Shown here: positions 30,002 through 39,241 of the stretch, piece after piece
Layout: each line of letters opens with the position of its first letter
How positions within the stretch are numbered: the stretch's first letter is position 1
NCBI GenBank assembly: GCA_017441205.1
Contig: JAFRYG010000142.1
Span: 499-64,498 of the forward strand
Length of the DNA: 64,000 nt
Direction of reading: 5' to 3'
Source of the DNA: Pseudomonadota bacterium
Lineage (GTDB): Bacteria; Myxococcota_A; Bradymonadia; UBA4248
The notes under the pieces: model-generated
What the model saw: the letters and a program-made list of their open reading frames with translations, nothing else
What the model was told of the DNA's origin: nothing
Databases searched by the model: none
Translations under genes and position numbers: made by a program

Positions 30002-30808
30002 TTGAACGTGTCTGAAAATAGTTTGTTTCGTCGCATTTTTTTGAATGACCGAATCATCGTTTTTGTCGTGATTGTCAATGCGATCGTCATATTTTTGCAG
30101 GAGAGCAATGTCGATTTTTATATCATCGATCTGCTCGATATGATCTGCACGCTTTTCTTTTTGATTGAGATGATCGTCAAGCATATCCATTTTGGATTTA
30201 GAAACTACTGGAAATCCGGCATGAACTGTATGGATGGAATTCTCGTACTGATTTCGCTGCCGTCGATTGTGACGTTCTTTTTGCCGGTGGGACTTGCGAA
30301 TCTGTCGTTCCTGCTCGTTTTGCGAATATTCCGAATATTCAAATTTTTCCGTGTCGTTCGTCTGTTTCCGAATTTTGCCACCATCATCAGCAATTTCCGA
30401 CTCGCCCTCAAGCAATCCTACGGGATCATGCTTGGCTTTTTGATTCTGATTGTGACGGTTGCATTGCTTGGATGTTGTATGTTCCGCGACGCTGCGCCCG
30501 AGTTTTTCGGCACGCCGATGGATTCGGTTTATTCGACGTTCAGATTTTTTACGATCGAGGGCTGGTATGAAATTCCGGATGCCGTGGCCAGTGGTATGGG
30601 CAGTCCGATCTGGGTTCACGTCGTTCGGCTGTATTTCTGCATGCTTCTGCTGATGGGCGGAATCATCGGGATGTCGCTCATCAACTCGATATTTGTCGAT
30701 GCGATGGTCAGCGACAACAACGATGACGTCAAGGCGCAGCTCTGCACGATGGAAAAGAAACTCGATGAAATTATGAAACAGCTCGAGAGCCAGAAAAAAG
30801 AGGTGTGA
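30002..30808 (+). CDS. Voltage-gated ion channel (BacNav/Cav-like ion transporter)
   Basis: Six TM segments; S4 LRIFRIFKFFRVVR; pore FFTIEGWYE; C-terminal coiled coil. Confidence 0.88.
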   Translation: MNVSENSLFRRIFLNDRIIVFVVIVNAIVIFLQESNVDFYIIDLLDMICTLFFLIEMIVKHIHFGFRNYWKSGMNCMDGILVLISLPSIVTFFLPVGLANLSFLLVLRIFRIFKFFRVVRLFPNFATIISNFRLALKQSYGIMLGFLILIVTVALLGCCMFRDAAPEFFGTPMDSVYSTFRFFTIEGWYEIPDAVASGMGSPIWVHVVRLYFCMLLLMGGIIGMSLINSIFVDAMVSDNNDDVKAQLCTMEKKLDEIMKQLESQKKEV

Positions 30809-30824
30809 GTTTTGTTTTTGCGTG

Positions 30825-30958
30825 GGCCGGGCTATTTCGCCGCTGGCTCAATACGCTCCGGCCATGCCGCTATCTGCTGCGCAGATACGCGGCATTTGTT
30901 TTGTGTAAAACAATCCCCAAAAATAAAAGCCCGTATGCGCATGGCGCATAGGGCTTTT
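30825..30958. repeat. Cluster of three bulged-G REP-like hairpins in mixed orientation
   Basis: GC-TATTTCG..CTCAATA-C-GC, ATGCCGC-TATCTGC-TGC-GCAGATA-C-GCGGCAT and AAAAGCCC-G-TATGCGC-ATG-GCGCATA-GGGCTTTT. Confidence 0.85.
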
Positions 30959-31015
30959 GGCGCATCGTAAGGCGCAGTCCTTAGATGCGCCCAACGAAAT
31001 AAAAAAGAGAGTGAA

Positions 31016-33940
31016 TTAAATGACGCTTCCCTTGGCTGTGCAGACGATATTGTCGATCTGGATGTGATCTTTGGATGCGTCTGTATGGCTCACGTAGATG
31101 ACGAGGCGAGCTGCTGAAGCAGGTTTTTCATTAAGCTGGAATGTTGCGCGCTGCCATTCATTCGTGTCGTAGGAGACGTAGCTCGTTGCGGGAGCATCGC
31201 CGAGGCTGCTGTAGGTGTGGATTTTGACGTGGCCTTTGCCGCGCACCCAGTACGAGCAGTCCCATGGGCCGCTCGGCACGGTGAATCCCCATGATGTGAA
31301 GCGGTTGTTGCCGCCCTGGCCGGTATAGACGAGCTGGAGGGCTTTTTGCCCGTGGTAGGCGGATTTCGTGTAAGGATGGACGGCGTCCAGGCTGAGCTTC
31401 GTGATGTATTTATAAGGTGCGACGGTAAAGTAATTGTCGTAATCATCGAGGGCGGGCCACCAGGTCGGCATGTCGTGTGGCGTCGAATTTTCTGTGAATT
31501 TGTGCACGTACCAATCTTCGAAGCTGCCGTTGGGAATGATGTTGATGGGGCAGACGAGGTCTGATTTGAGGTTGCCGTTTTCGTCCTTGTTCAGGTAATC
31601 GAAATATTCTTTGCTGACGTGGCAATCCTTTTGTTTGGCGACGGAATACGTGAAATCCGGGGCCACACAACGGTGTTCCTTGCCGTAGCATGCGGGTTTG
31701 TCTGCCGGACAGTCAGCCGAGGTCTGACAGCGTCCTTCTTTCATGATGCAGGTTCCGCGCGAGGCCGTTGTGCATTCACGCCATTCGGAGCACTTGGCAT
31801 TTTCGCAGACATTGCCTTCGCCGCATTCATGTGTCGATTTGTTGCAATAGGGCTTGGCATCGTCGGTGCAGTCCTTGTGGGAATCGCATTTGCCGTCGAC
31901 GCGTTTGCAGGTATGGGTCGTTTCGTCACAAATTTCAGTGTTTGCACATGTTCCCTGCTCCGGTTTGTCTTCGGTGACGCTGCAATAGCCCGTGCGTGGT
32001 TTGCAGACACCGACGTATCCATTGCCGGTATTTTTGCCACTGAGGCTGCAGATTTCCCATTCCTTGCAGGTGATTCCCTCGCAGATGCCTTCGGTGACGA
32101 CGCATTCCATGCCGTCGAGCAGGAGTCCTTTATCCGTCGTGTCACTGATGCCGATGAGGACCTGGAATGTGCTTGCACTCATGGGCGGATTGAGTTTGCC
32201 ACCGAACTCGCCGGACGGGAAGGTGATTGTTTTCCAACTGTCGGAAGAAACGTTGGTTTCGACGATCGTCGTTTTTTCTTTGACGGTTTTGCCTTCCTCA
32301 TCGAGCGCTCTGTAACCGATGTTGAGCTTGGCAGTGCCCTTGTAGTGAATTGAGCATTCGAGCTGAACCGACGGATCGCTGTTGGCCGTGTAATTGACCT
32401 CGGGAATCATGATGGGGTCGCTTTCGAGGCGAGCATTATCTTTGGATTGATTGATAAATTTGACCGATGCGTTGCAGATGGCGGCATCGTCGGATTTCAT
32501 GGTCGATGCCGTGGCATTGTAATTATTGTGGAGACTCCAGTTGTCCGGGAGGGTATTGTCCCACTCTTCGAATGACCAGTTCGGGATGAGGTTGTCTTCG
32601 GGGTCGCCTTCACATGCGGCTACACATTTGTGTGCTTTGGTATCGCACGAGGGCAGATCTTCCGGACAATCCTTATCCGCGTTGCACCTTCCATCACACA
32701 AAAAGAGCTCGCCCTTGGTCAGATTGCAGCCCTGATATTCGGGATCCCATGTTTTTTCGAGGCATCCCGGGTGGACGCAATAACCAGCTGTGCAAACCGC
32801 ATCGGTAGACGACGTGCAGGGTTCGCCTTCGTTTTGGCATGTTCCAAAGCCGCCCTTGCAGGAAGTGATGATAAAGCATTTGCCGGTATTTTCATTGCAT
32901 GCTTCGTTTGCTTTGCATCCATCCTTGCATTTGCTGTTTTCTTCCTTGTACGAGCAGACACCGTCATTGCATGAACCATTGGGTTTATCTGTGCAATCTG
33001 CTGCCGACAGACAATCCACGCATGCTTTCTTCTGTTCATCGCATTTTTGCGGTGCAATGCATGCGTTGTTGCATGCGTCGGGTTGGGCCGGGTCCTCGCA
33101 TTTTTTTGAATCGGGATTACAAACCTGTGGGGCAACGCATGCGTTATTGCATGCATCTGGCTGAGCCGGGGTTTCGCATTTTTTTGTGTCTGGATTGCAA
33201 ACCTGCGGTGCAATGCATGCGTTGTTGCATGCATCTGGCTGAGCCGGATCTTCACATTTTTTTGTGTCTGGATTGCAGACCTGTGGTGCGACGCATGTGT
33301 TATTGCACGCATCGGGTTGATCCGGAGTTTCGCATTTTTTTGTGTCTGGATTGCAAACCTGCGGCGCAATGCATGCGTTGTTGCAAGCGTCTGGCTGATC
33401 CGGATCTTCACATTTTTTTGTGTCTGGATTGCAAACCTGCGGCGCAATGCATGCGTTGTTGCATGCGTCTGGCTGGGCCGGAGTTTCACATTGTTTTGTG
33501 TCTGGATTGCAAACCTGTGGGGCAATGCACGTGTTATTGCATGCATCTGGCTGGGCCGGAGTTTCACATTGTTTTGTGTCTGGATTGCAAACCTGCGGGG
33601 CAATGCACGTGTTATTGCATGCATCGACCTGGGCCGGATTCTCGCAGAGTTTTGTGTTTGGGTTGCAAACCTGTGGGGCGATACATGCGTTATTGCATGC
33701 ATCGACCTGGGCCGGATTTTCACAGAGTTTTGTGTTTGGGTTGCAGACCTGTGGCGCAATACATGCGTTATTGCATGCGTCAATTTGAGAGGGAACACAG
33801 ACGGCCAGTATTTCATTGCAGACCATTGGTGCAACACATGTATTGTTGCATGCATCGGTACTGCTGTCATCACTGCATGCAGCAACCGGGATTGCAGTGA
33901 GTGCACATAAGGCCAGCCATAGTCTATTACTTTTTAACAT
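31016..33940 (-). CDS. Lipoprotein with 11 Cys-rich 26-aa tandem repeats and two CBM4/9-like domains
   Basis: Probable start MLKSNRLW...VAAC at 33940; DACNN.C.APQVCNPDTKKCE.PAQP x11; NLIPNWSFEEW and NIIPNGSFEDW domain starts. Confidence 0.8.
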   Translation of the reverse strand: MLKSNRLWLALCALTAIPVAACSDDSSTDACNNTCVAPMVCNEILAVCVPSQIDACNNACIAPQVCNPNTKLCENPAQVDACNNACIAPQVCNPNTKLCENPAQVDACNNTCIAPQVCNPDTKQCETPAQPDACNNTCIAPQVCNPDTKQCETPAQPDACNNACIAPQVCNPDTKKCEDPDQPDACNNACIAPQVCNPDTKKCETPDQPDACNNTCVAPQVCNPDTKKCEDPAQPDACNNACIAPQVCNPDTKKCETPAQPDACNNACVAPQVCNPDSKKCEDPAQPDACNNACIAPQKCDEQKKACVDCLSAADCTDKPNGSCNDGVCSYKEENSKCKDGCKANEACNENTGKCFIITSCKGGFGTCQNEGEPCTSSTDAVCTAGYCVHPGCLEKTWDPEYQGCNLTKGELFLCDGRCNADKDCPEDLPSCDTKAHKCVAACEGDPEDNLIPNWSFEEWDNTLPDNWSLHNNYNATASTMKSDDAAICNASVKFINQSKDNARLESDPIMIPEVNYTANSDPSVQLECSIHYKGTAKLNIGYRALDEEGKTVKEKTTIVETNVSSDSWKTITFPSGEFGGKLNPPMSASTFQVLIGISDTTDKGLLLDGMECVVTEGICEGITCKEWEICSLSGKNTGNGYVGVCKPRTGYCSVTEDKPEQGTCANTEICDETTHTCKRVDGKCDSHKDCTDDAKPYCNKSTHECGEGNVCENAKCSEWRECTTASRGTCIMKEGRCQTSADCPADKPACYGKEHRCVAPDFTYSVAKQKDCHVSKEYFDYLNKDENGNLKSDLVCPINIIPNGSFEDWYVHKFTENSTPHDMPTWWPALDDYDNYFTVAPYKYITKLSLDAVHPYTKSAYHGQKALQLVYTGQGGNNRFTSWGFTVPSGPWDCSYWVRGKGHVKIHTYSSLGDAPATSYVSYDTNEWQRATFQLNEKPASAARLVIYVSHTDASKDHIQIDNIVCTAKGSVI
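33020..33860 (-). repeat. 78-bp coding tandem repeat (11 units)
   Basis: Repeated GTTATTGCATGCATC / GGATTGCAAACCTG in register with the 26-aa repeat. Confidence 0.92.
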
Positions 33941-34026
33941 AACGGCTTTAACTCCCAGAGAAAAAGAAAGACGCAGATGTTTGCGCCCGGAATGGGGGTT
34001 CCTTATATGGACATTTGGAACAGGTT

Positions 34027-35145
34027 TCAAGGCTTGCAATACCTTCCTGCAACAAATTGAATCATTCCAGCCAGTTCCAGTTCGAGAACGGCTTCGTCAA
34101 AATCATTCGGATATTGAGTGTTTGTGCGGATTTGGTCACGCGTCATCGGCGATTTTGCAAGCAGTTCGATGATGTCATTTTTTGTTGGTGTCAGCTGTGT
34201 GTTGTTGTGTGTTAATGTGGGTTTCTGTGCGGGGATGACGTGCTCCTGAAATGTACCAAAATGTATCGTTTGTTGGGTTTGTGGCGTAAGAGCGTTCAAA
34301 TCCTGCAAATCACTGATGAGTTTTGCCTTTTGCGTTTTGACAAGCTGCCAGCCGCCTTCGGTCAGATCGTTAAATCCCGGCATTGCGGCAACCAGAACGG
34401 GGCGATTGAAGCGGTTGGCGGCTTTTGCCGTATAGAGAGCCCCTCCCCCGATTTTGCTTTGAATGATGATTGTGGCCTGACTGAGTGCAGCAATGATATC
34501 ATTGCGTCGGGGAAAGTTGGGACTGTGTCTTTGCGGCGGTTTATTGTACTGGCTGACGATAGCTCCATTTTGTTTGGCATAATCAAATATATCTGCGTTT
34601 TCTTTGGGGTAGATATTATCGACGCCGGTCGCGCTGACGACGATAGTGGGCTGATTTCGTTTGATTGCCTGGCGATGGGCAAGTGCATCAATACCCAGAG
34701 CACCGCCGCTCGTAATGATAAAACCTCTGCAAATGACATCGTCGGCAATCATAGGCGTGATTTTATTGGCCTCATCTATGGTTTTGCGACTTCCGACAAT
34801 GGCGATCTGCAATGATCTGAGAATGCCCGGATTGCCGCAGACGCACAGAACCGGAGGTCTGTGCATGTCGTAAAGTTTTGGGGGATACAGAGGATCTCCG
34901 GGGCACAGGATTGACTTATTTCGCGCTTTACACTCGAACTCAATTTCTTTTCCTTGCGAACATGCGGACTGAATGCATGGAAGTGCATGTAATTCCTGTA
35001 GTTCGCGCCAGCGTTCCTCAAGGCCCTGAATCGTTTGTAGTTCGAGTATTTCGGTGATGGCCGGATGGCTTGAATCAAGGTGTTTCCAAAGAAAAATGGC
35101 TAATGAACGTCTGGTGCTGTGGTCGCAGTCAACGGTGTATGTCAT
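34027..35145 (-). CDS. dprA: DNA processing protein DprA/Smf
   Basis: YPPKL, IAIVGSR, TSGGALGIDALAH, FPRRNDIIAALS, GGALYTA and C-terminal winged helix LELELAG. Confidence 0.9.
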   Translation of the reverse strand: MTYTVDCDHSTRRSLAIFLWKHLDSSHPAITEILELQTIQGLEERWRELQELHALPCIQSACSQGKEIEFECKARNKSILCPGDPLYPPKLYDMHRPPVLCVCGNPGILRSLQIAIVGSRKTIDEANKITPMIADDVICRGFIITSGGALGIDALAHRQAIKRNQPTIVVSATGVDNIYPKENADIFDYAKQNGAIVSQYNKPPQRHSPNFPRRNDIIAALSQATIIIQSKIGGGALYTAKAANRFNRPVLVAAMPGFNDLTEGGWQLVKTQKAKLISDLQDLNALTPQTQQTIHFGTFQEHVIPAQKPTLTHNNTQLTPTKNDIIELLAKSPMTRDQIRTNTQYPNDFDEAVLELELAGMIQFVAGRYCKP

Positions 35146-35449
35146 GGAGTCTCCTTATTGTCTGGGACAGGGGGATTCCCGTCATATACATGATGCCGTC
35201 GAGATGGATTTGTTGCAGTCGGATGGATTATTTTTTTGCTATGTTTAATCACCGTGGAGAATGCAGATATAAGGTCATGATTTATCGGCAATCGACAATC
35301 GAAAATATGGAATTCTATAGTTCCTATTGTCTATCCTGGTTTCACTTGCTGTTATACGGCATCCTCTCTATTCTGGCGCAGCATGGGGCGCTGCCGCTCT
35401 GCCGAAAGAACGCTGAAGGCGTGCAAGCGTACAATCGAATTCCGTAAAC

Positions 35450-36044
35450 CCAATCTTGTTTAACAGAGTATTATATAGCACAGAACACTGACAATTATTA
35501 TCTGTCATATGTCATACTTAAATAAACTTCCATGGATACTGCAAATATAAGGGCTTATCGGTAGTCATAAATCGGCAATATCGGATTCAACATGATGCGT
35601 ATCTTAAAATGGCATTCTTTACCTAATCTTGTTTAACAGAGTCATTTTATATCAATGAACGCTGACAATTATTGTACTGGCCATAGATAATGACAACAAT
35701 ATACAATTTTTCTTTTCCCGGGGCATCCCCTACGGGGATTGATTTTGGTGCATTTCTTTTGTCCCACGGTGGTCGCTGCGCTCCAACCGTGGGCTACTCG
35801 CCAGAAGCCTCTAACAGGTTTCTTTTGATATGCTCATTAACCATGTCCATAACAATAATTGTCTGTCATATGTCATATTTAAAACTTCCATGAATACTGC
35901 AAATATAGGGTCTTGGTATTATCGGTAATCTTAAGTCGGCAATATTGGATTTAACATGCGCATGTCTTAAAATGGCATCCTTTATCCAATCTCGTTTAAC
36001 AGAGCCATTTATAGCAATGAACGCTGACAATTATTATCTGTCAT
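35450..36044. repeat. ~173-bp AT-rich degenerate tandem repeat (about 2.4 clear units, interrupted by a ~180-bp insert)
   Basis: [C/T]AATCT[T/C]GTTTAACAGAG recurs at 35451, 35624 and 35987; flanking blocks are conserved. Confidence 0.85.
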
Positions 36045-36127
36045 TCAGATTTTAGCATACATCCAATACTATATTATGTAACGTAAAATACTATTCCAGG
36101 TAACTATTGATTACTTTTGGATATACA

Positions 36128-36506
36128 CACATGTAGTATAATGTAGGTTTGATATTCTTCCTGGTAACCAAGGGTTACCTCAGGTCCCTTCCCACCCGCC
36201 GACTCGCCGTCCAAACCCAAAATACGCACGGTCCTGGCACACTGCTCCCTTTCCAACGTTAGGCGTTGTAAAAAAAAGCATCCCGATGTGCCTGGCATGT
36301 ACAGCGCTTCAATGTCACGTCCCGCGTCCAGGAAAAGTTGACATTGCAAACCGGCCCTCGGTCGTCCGTACATTATGTTGGGCTGCTGTTGTCAGACAAA
36401 ACCGGATGAATACATATGCATCTCCAAAATCAGGAAGGAACCATTCCTTCATCCACGTAATGCCATTGAGGATGCATTTGTTTCACTTGTGTGTACGATT
36501 TTTTTT
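36128..36506 (-). ncRNA. Candidate large structured ncRNA of unknown family, copy 1
   Basis: Homologous to 53261-53637, with 50-nt and 38-nt identical blocks and covarying stems. Confidence 0.7.
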
Positions 36507-36552
36507 AATTCAGGTTTTAGCCGCACATTTTTGCGAAAAAATCTCGTGATTG

Positions 36553-37323
36553 CTATCGTGTTTGGGTGTCGATGAGAATGGTGTCGAAATATTCGGTGAG
36601 CAATGAGCGGATATCATTTCGGAGAGATACAGCGCGCTGAAGTTCGGGTTCAATGAACTGGAGTCTTGCGGCACCATGAAAACACCGAATTCTGAAATCT
36701 GTGAATCCGAGGTTTCGCAGGCTGGTTTCGGCAGATTCGATGCGGCGCAGATCCGGTTCGGTGAGGTGTGTTCCCGTGGCAAAGCGCGTGGCCAGACATG
36801 CGTATGCCGGCTTATAAGCGGTTGGAAGTCCTCGCATTGCTGAGATTTTGCGAATCTGCATCTTGGTCAAACCCGAGATTCTGAGCGGACTCAGGACGCC
36901 GAGTTCCTGGAGTGCGCGCCATCCAGGACGAGATTCGATTTCGTCAGATGCATTCGTACCGTCGCAGACGGTATCGAATCCATCGCTGCGGGCGTGTGCG
37001 ATGATTTGGGAAAAAATGACTTTTTTGCACAGGTAGCAGCGATTTGGGGGATTGTCGGCGATTTGGGGGTCGGAGAGAACGTCGACAGGGATGATATGCA
37101 GAACCAGGTTGAATCTGTTGCAGAGTTCGCGGGCATCTTCGCATTCGAATGCGGGCTGAAAAGCGGATTGTGCGAGATATACACTGACGTTGACGCCTGC
37201 GCGCACTGCAGCATCGACGAGAAATGACGAATCGCATCCACCGGAAAAACCAATAGCAAGACGCGGATGTTCAGCAAAGAAAGCGTCCAGGTTTTGGAGA
37301 GCGTGTGATGTTTGGGAATCCAT
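36553..37323 (-). CDS. larE: LarE-like ATP-dependent sacrificial sulfur transferase (TIGR00268-like)
   Basis: PP-loop SGGCDSS, CYLCKK, DGTNASD, RPG and ACLATRF; probable start MDSQTS at 37323. Confidence 0.85.
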   Translation of the reverse strand: MDSQTSHALQNLDAFFAEHPRLAIGFSGGCDSSFLVDAAVRAGVNVSVYLAQSAFQPAFECEDARELCNRFNLVLHIIPVDVLSDPQIADNPPNRCYLCKKVIFSQIIAHARSDGFDTVCDGTNASDEIESRPGWRALQELGVLSPLRISGLTKMQIRKISAMRGLPTAYKPAYACLATRFATGTHLTEPDLRRIESAETSLRNLGFTDFRIRCFHGAARLQFIEPELQRAVSLRNDIRSLLTEYFDTILIDTQTR

Positions 37324-37619
37324 GGAAATGCGTGGGAGAGCAGCTAGTAAAAAGGGCGCGCAGCGTATGGCCGCAGGCCATAGCGAAGCGGAAATCCGCC
37401 GTATTTCCGTCAGGAAATAGGCGGTTCCCAGGAACAAAAGAAAAGCCGTTGCGACTATAGCGGAAATGAGATGCATTCAGCCAGTGTTTTAAGCGAAGAG
37501 AATCGGGGCCGAAAGTCATTTTTTTTTCATCATGATTTGCTATTCGGCATTGATAATGTTAGATAAAAACGCAGTGAAGAAGTGTGGATAGAGTAACATT
37601 GGCATAAAGGAAAAACGAC

Positions 37620-38855
37620 ATGGCATCTCCCATTGGAACTGCGACAGTCAAGGCAAAGGGCGGATTGAATGTCCGCAATGGCGCCGGGAAAAAGTATGAC
37701 AAAATCGGTTCTCTCAATAATGGTGAAAAAGTTAACTATTACGGCGAGAGCCAGGGTTGGTTTCAGATCAATTACGAGAGCAATACGGGCTATATTTCGA
37801 AAGAGTATACCAATGTGACATCGGCAGGAACGTCCGGTGGTTCGGAGAAGGCATGTTCCGGAACGGTCGAAGTGACGGCGTCTTCGCTGAACGTCCGCAA
37901 AGAGGCCAAAAAAGACAGCAAATGTCTGGGAACGCTGGGTAACGGCGAGCGCGTTTCGTACACCGCAGAGAAGGACGGCTGGCTCAAGATTTCGTATAAT
38001 GGCGGAACTGCATGGATTTGTAAGGAATTCACGAAGGCTGCCTCGAAGGGAAGTTCGGGCAATTCAGGCAATTCAGGCAATTCAGGCAATTCGGGCAGCA
38101 CCAAGACGACGACGATGTACGTGAATGCTTCCTCGCTCAACGTGCGCAACGCGCCGGATGGCAAGAAAATTGGGGAACTCGATGGAGGTTCGTCGGTCGC
38201 GGTTTATACGACATCGGGCAAGTGGGCCAAGATTAAGTATGGAGCGGATTATGCGTGGGTCAGTACGGATTATTTGACGACAACGAAACCGTCATCATCG
38301 GGCGGCAACAAAACCGGCAATAAGACCGTCAATGCGGGCGATGGCAAGAAACTGAATCCACATACCAAGAATTACAAACAGTACTCGAGTCCCTGGGGAC
38401 CGAAGATGTACTCCAGCCATGGGGACAAGACACAGACCTATAAGAGCAGTGCATGCGGTCCGACGGCAGTAGCGAGCGTGATTTGTTCCCTCGTGGACAA
38501 GGGCGTCACACCCTACACGCTTGGTCAGTGGGCACTTCAGTTCGGTACCAAATACAGGACCTATGACAGAGGTACGCGCGACTGTTTTGTGAAAGACGTC
38601 TGCAATAAATACGGGCTTTCGTGCAAATCCGTTTCGGCCAAAGAAGGGATCAAACAACTTCAGGCCGGCAAGTATGGCGTAGCGCGAATGGGGGCTGGTT
38701 ATTGGACGGATGAGGGGCATTTTATTACGCCATATGCCTCGAACGGCGATACTGTCTATGTGGATGATCCCGGACACAGCAAACGCCCCAACGGGTTTAA
38801 GCAGTCTGCCTCCCAATTTAAGAAAGAATGCAAGGCTTTCTGGATTCTCGGATAG
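37620..38855 (+). CDS. Three bacterial SH3 domains plus a C39-like papain-fold peptidase; putative cell-wall hydrolase
   Basis: 3x LNVR...GW..I.Y...G[Y/W][I/V]S..Y; QY...W, ACGPTA (Cys), GHFI (His) and DDP (Asp). Confidence 0.82.
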   Translation: MASPIGTATVKAKGGLNVRNGAGKKYDKIGSLNNGEKVNYYGESQGWFQINYESNTGYISKEYTNVTSAGTSGGSEKACSGTVEVTASSLNVRKEAKKDSKCLGTLGNGERVSYTAEKDGWLKISYNGGTAWICKEFTKAASKGSSGNSGNSGNSGNSGSTKTTTMYVNASSLNVRNAPDGKKIGELDGGSSVAVYTTSGKWAKIKYGADYAWVSTDYLTTTKPSSSGGNKTGNKTVNAGDGKKLNPHTKNYKQYSSPWGPKMYSSHGDKTQTYKSSACGPTAVASVICSLVDKGVTPYTLGQWALQFGTKYRTYDRGTRDCFVKDVCNKYGLSCKSVSAKEGIKQLQAGKYGVARMGAGYWTDEGHFITPYASNGDTVYVDDPGHSKRPNGFKQSASQFKKECKAFWILG

Positions 38856-38898
38856 GTTGAGGTTATTCGAGGGGCCGAGTATTCGGAGAAGTTTTTTG

Positions 38899-38925
38899 AA
38901 AAACGCGCATTTGCGCGTTTTTTTT
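38899..38925 (+). terminator. Intrinsic terminator
   Basis: AAAAACGCGCA-TT-TGCGCGTTTTTTTT. Confidence 0.65.
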
Positions 38926-39241
38926 GCGAGCGGCGATGCTTTGATGTGGGGGTACGCCCTGTTTATCGCAGGTGATTTGGTATTTTTTTATCCATATGCA
39001 GGTGATGCAAAAAACTGTGTGCAGTGTTGATGTTTCTGATTCTGATGATGTTTTCGCAGTACTATTTATTGATTTGATAAAAAAAAGAGCTAGAATAGAT
39101 AAGCTGTAGTCTTGTAAGGCTATGGTTTTTGGTAATAATTTAAGTTTGTATAAGAGTGTGTCGGCTCTGCAGCTAATGTATGCAGAAGTCAAAAGATTTG
39201 TTTTACTTTTTGTCAGCAAGAAGACAAATTGGAGGAGTATT

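Noticed and set aside
33020-33860. Possible CRISPR array (regular repeats); likewise 58897-59106
   Set aside because: There are no unique spacers, the repeats are in-frame with third-position variation, and no cas genes are present
32719-33910. Long alternative-frame ORFs over the 78-bp repeat
   Set aside because: Stop-free frames arise automatically from the coding tandem repeat; only the lipoprotein frame has a signal peptide and downstream domains
36057-36084. dif-like site (TTATGTAACGT resembles a XerD arm)
   Set aside because: The XerC arm (ATACATCCAAT) does not match dif consensus; the TTATGT in the ncRNA element also lacks a left arm
36104-36373. Small ORFs over the duplicated element (36104-36373, 36286-36549, 53123-53533, 53200-53508)
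   Set aside because: Reading frames are broken between the two copies, and conservation is in invariant nucleotide blocks rather than codon-patterned
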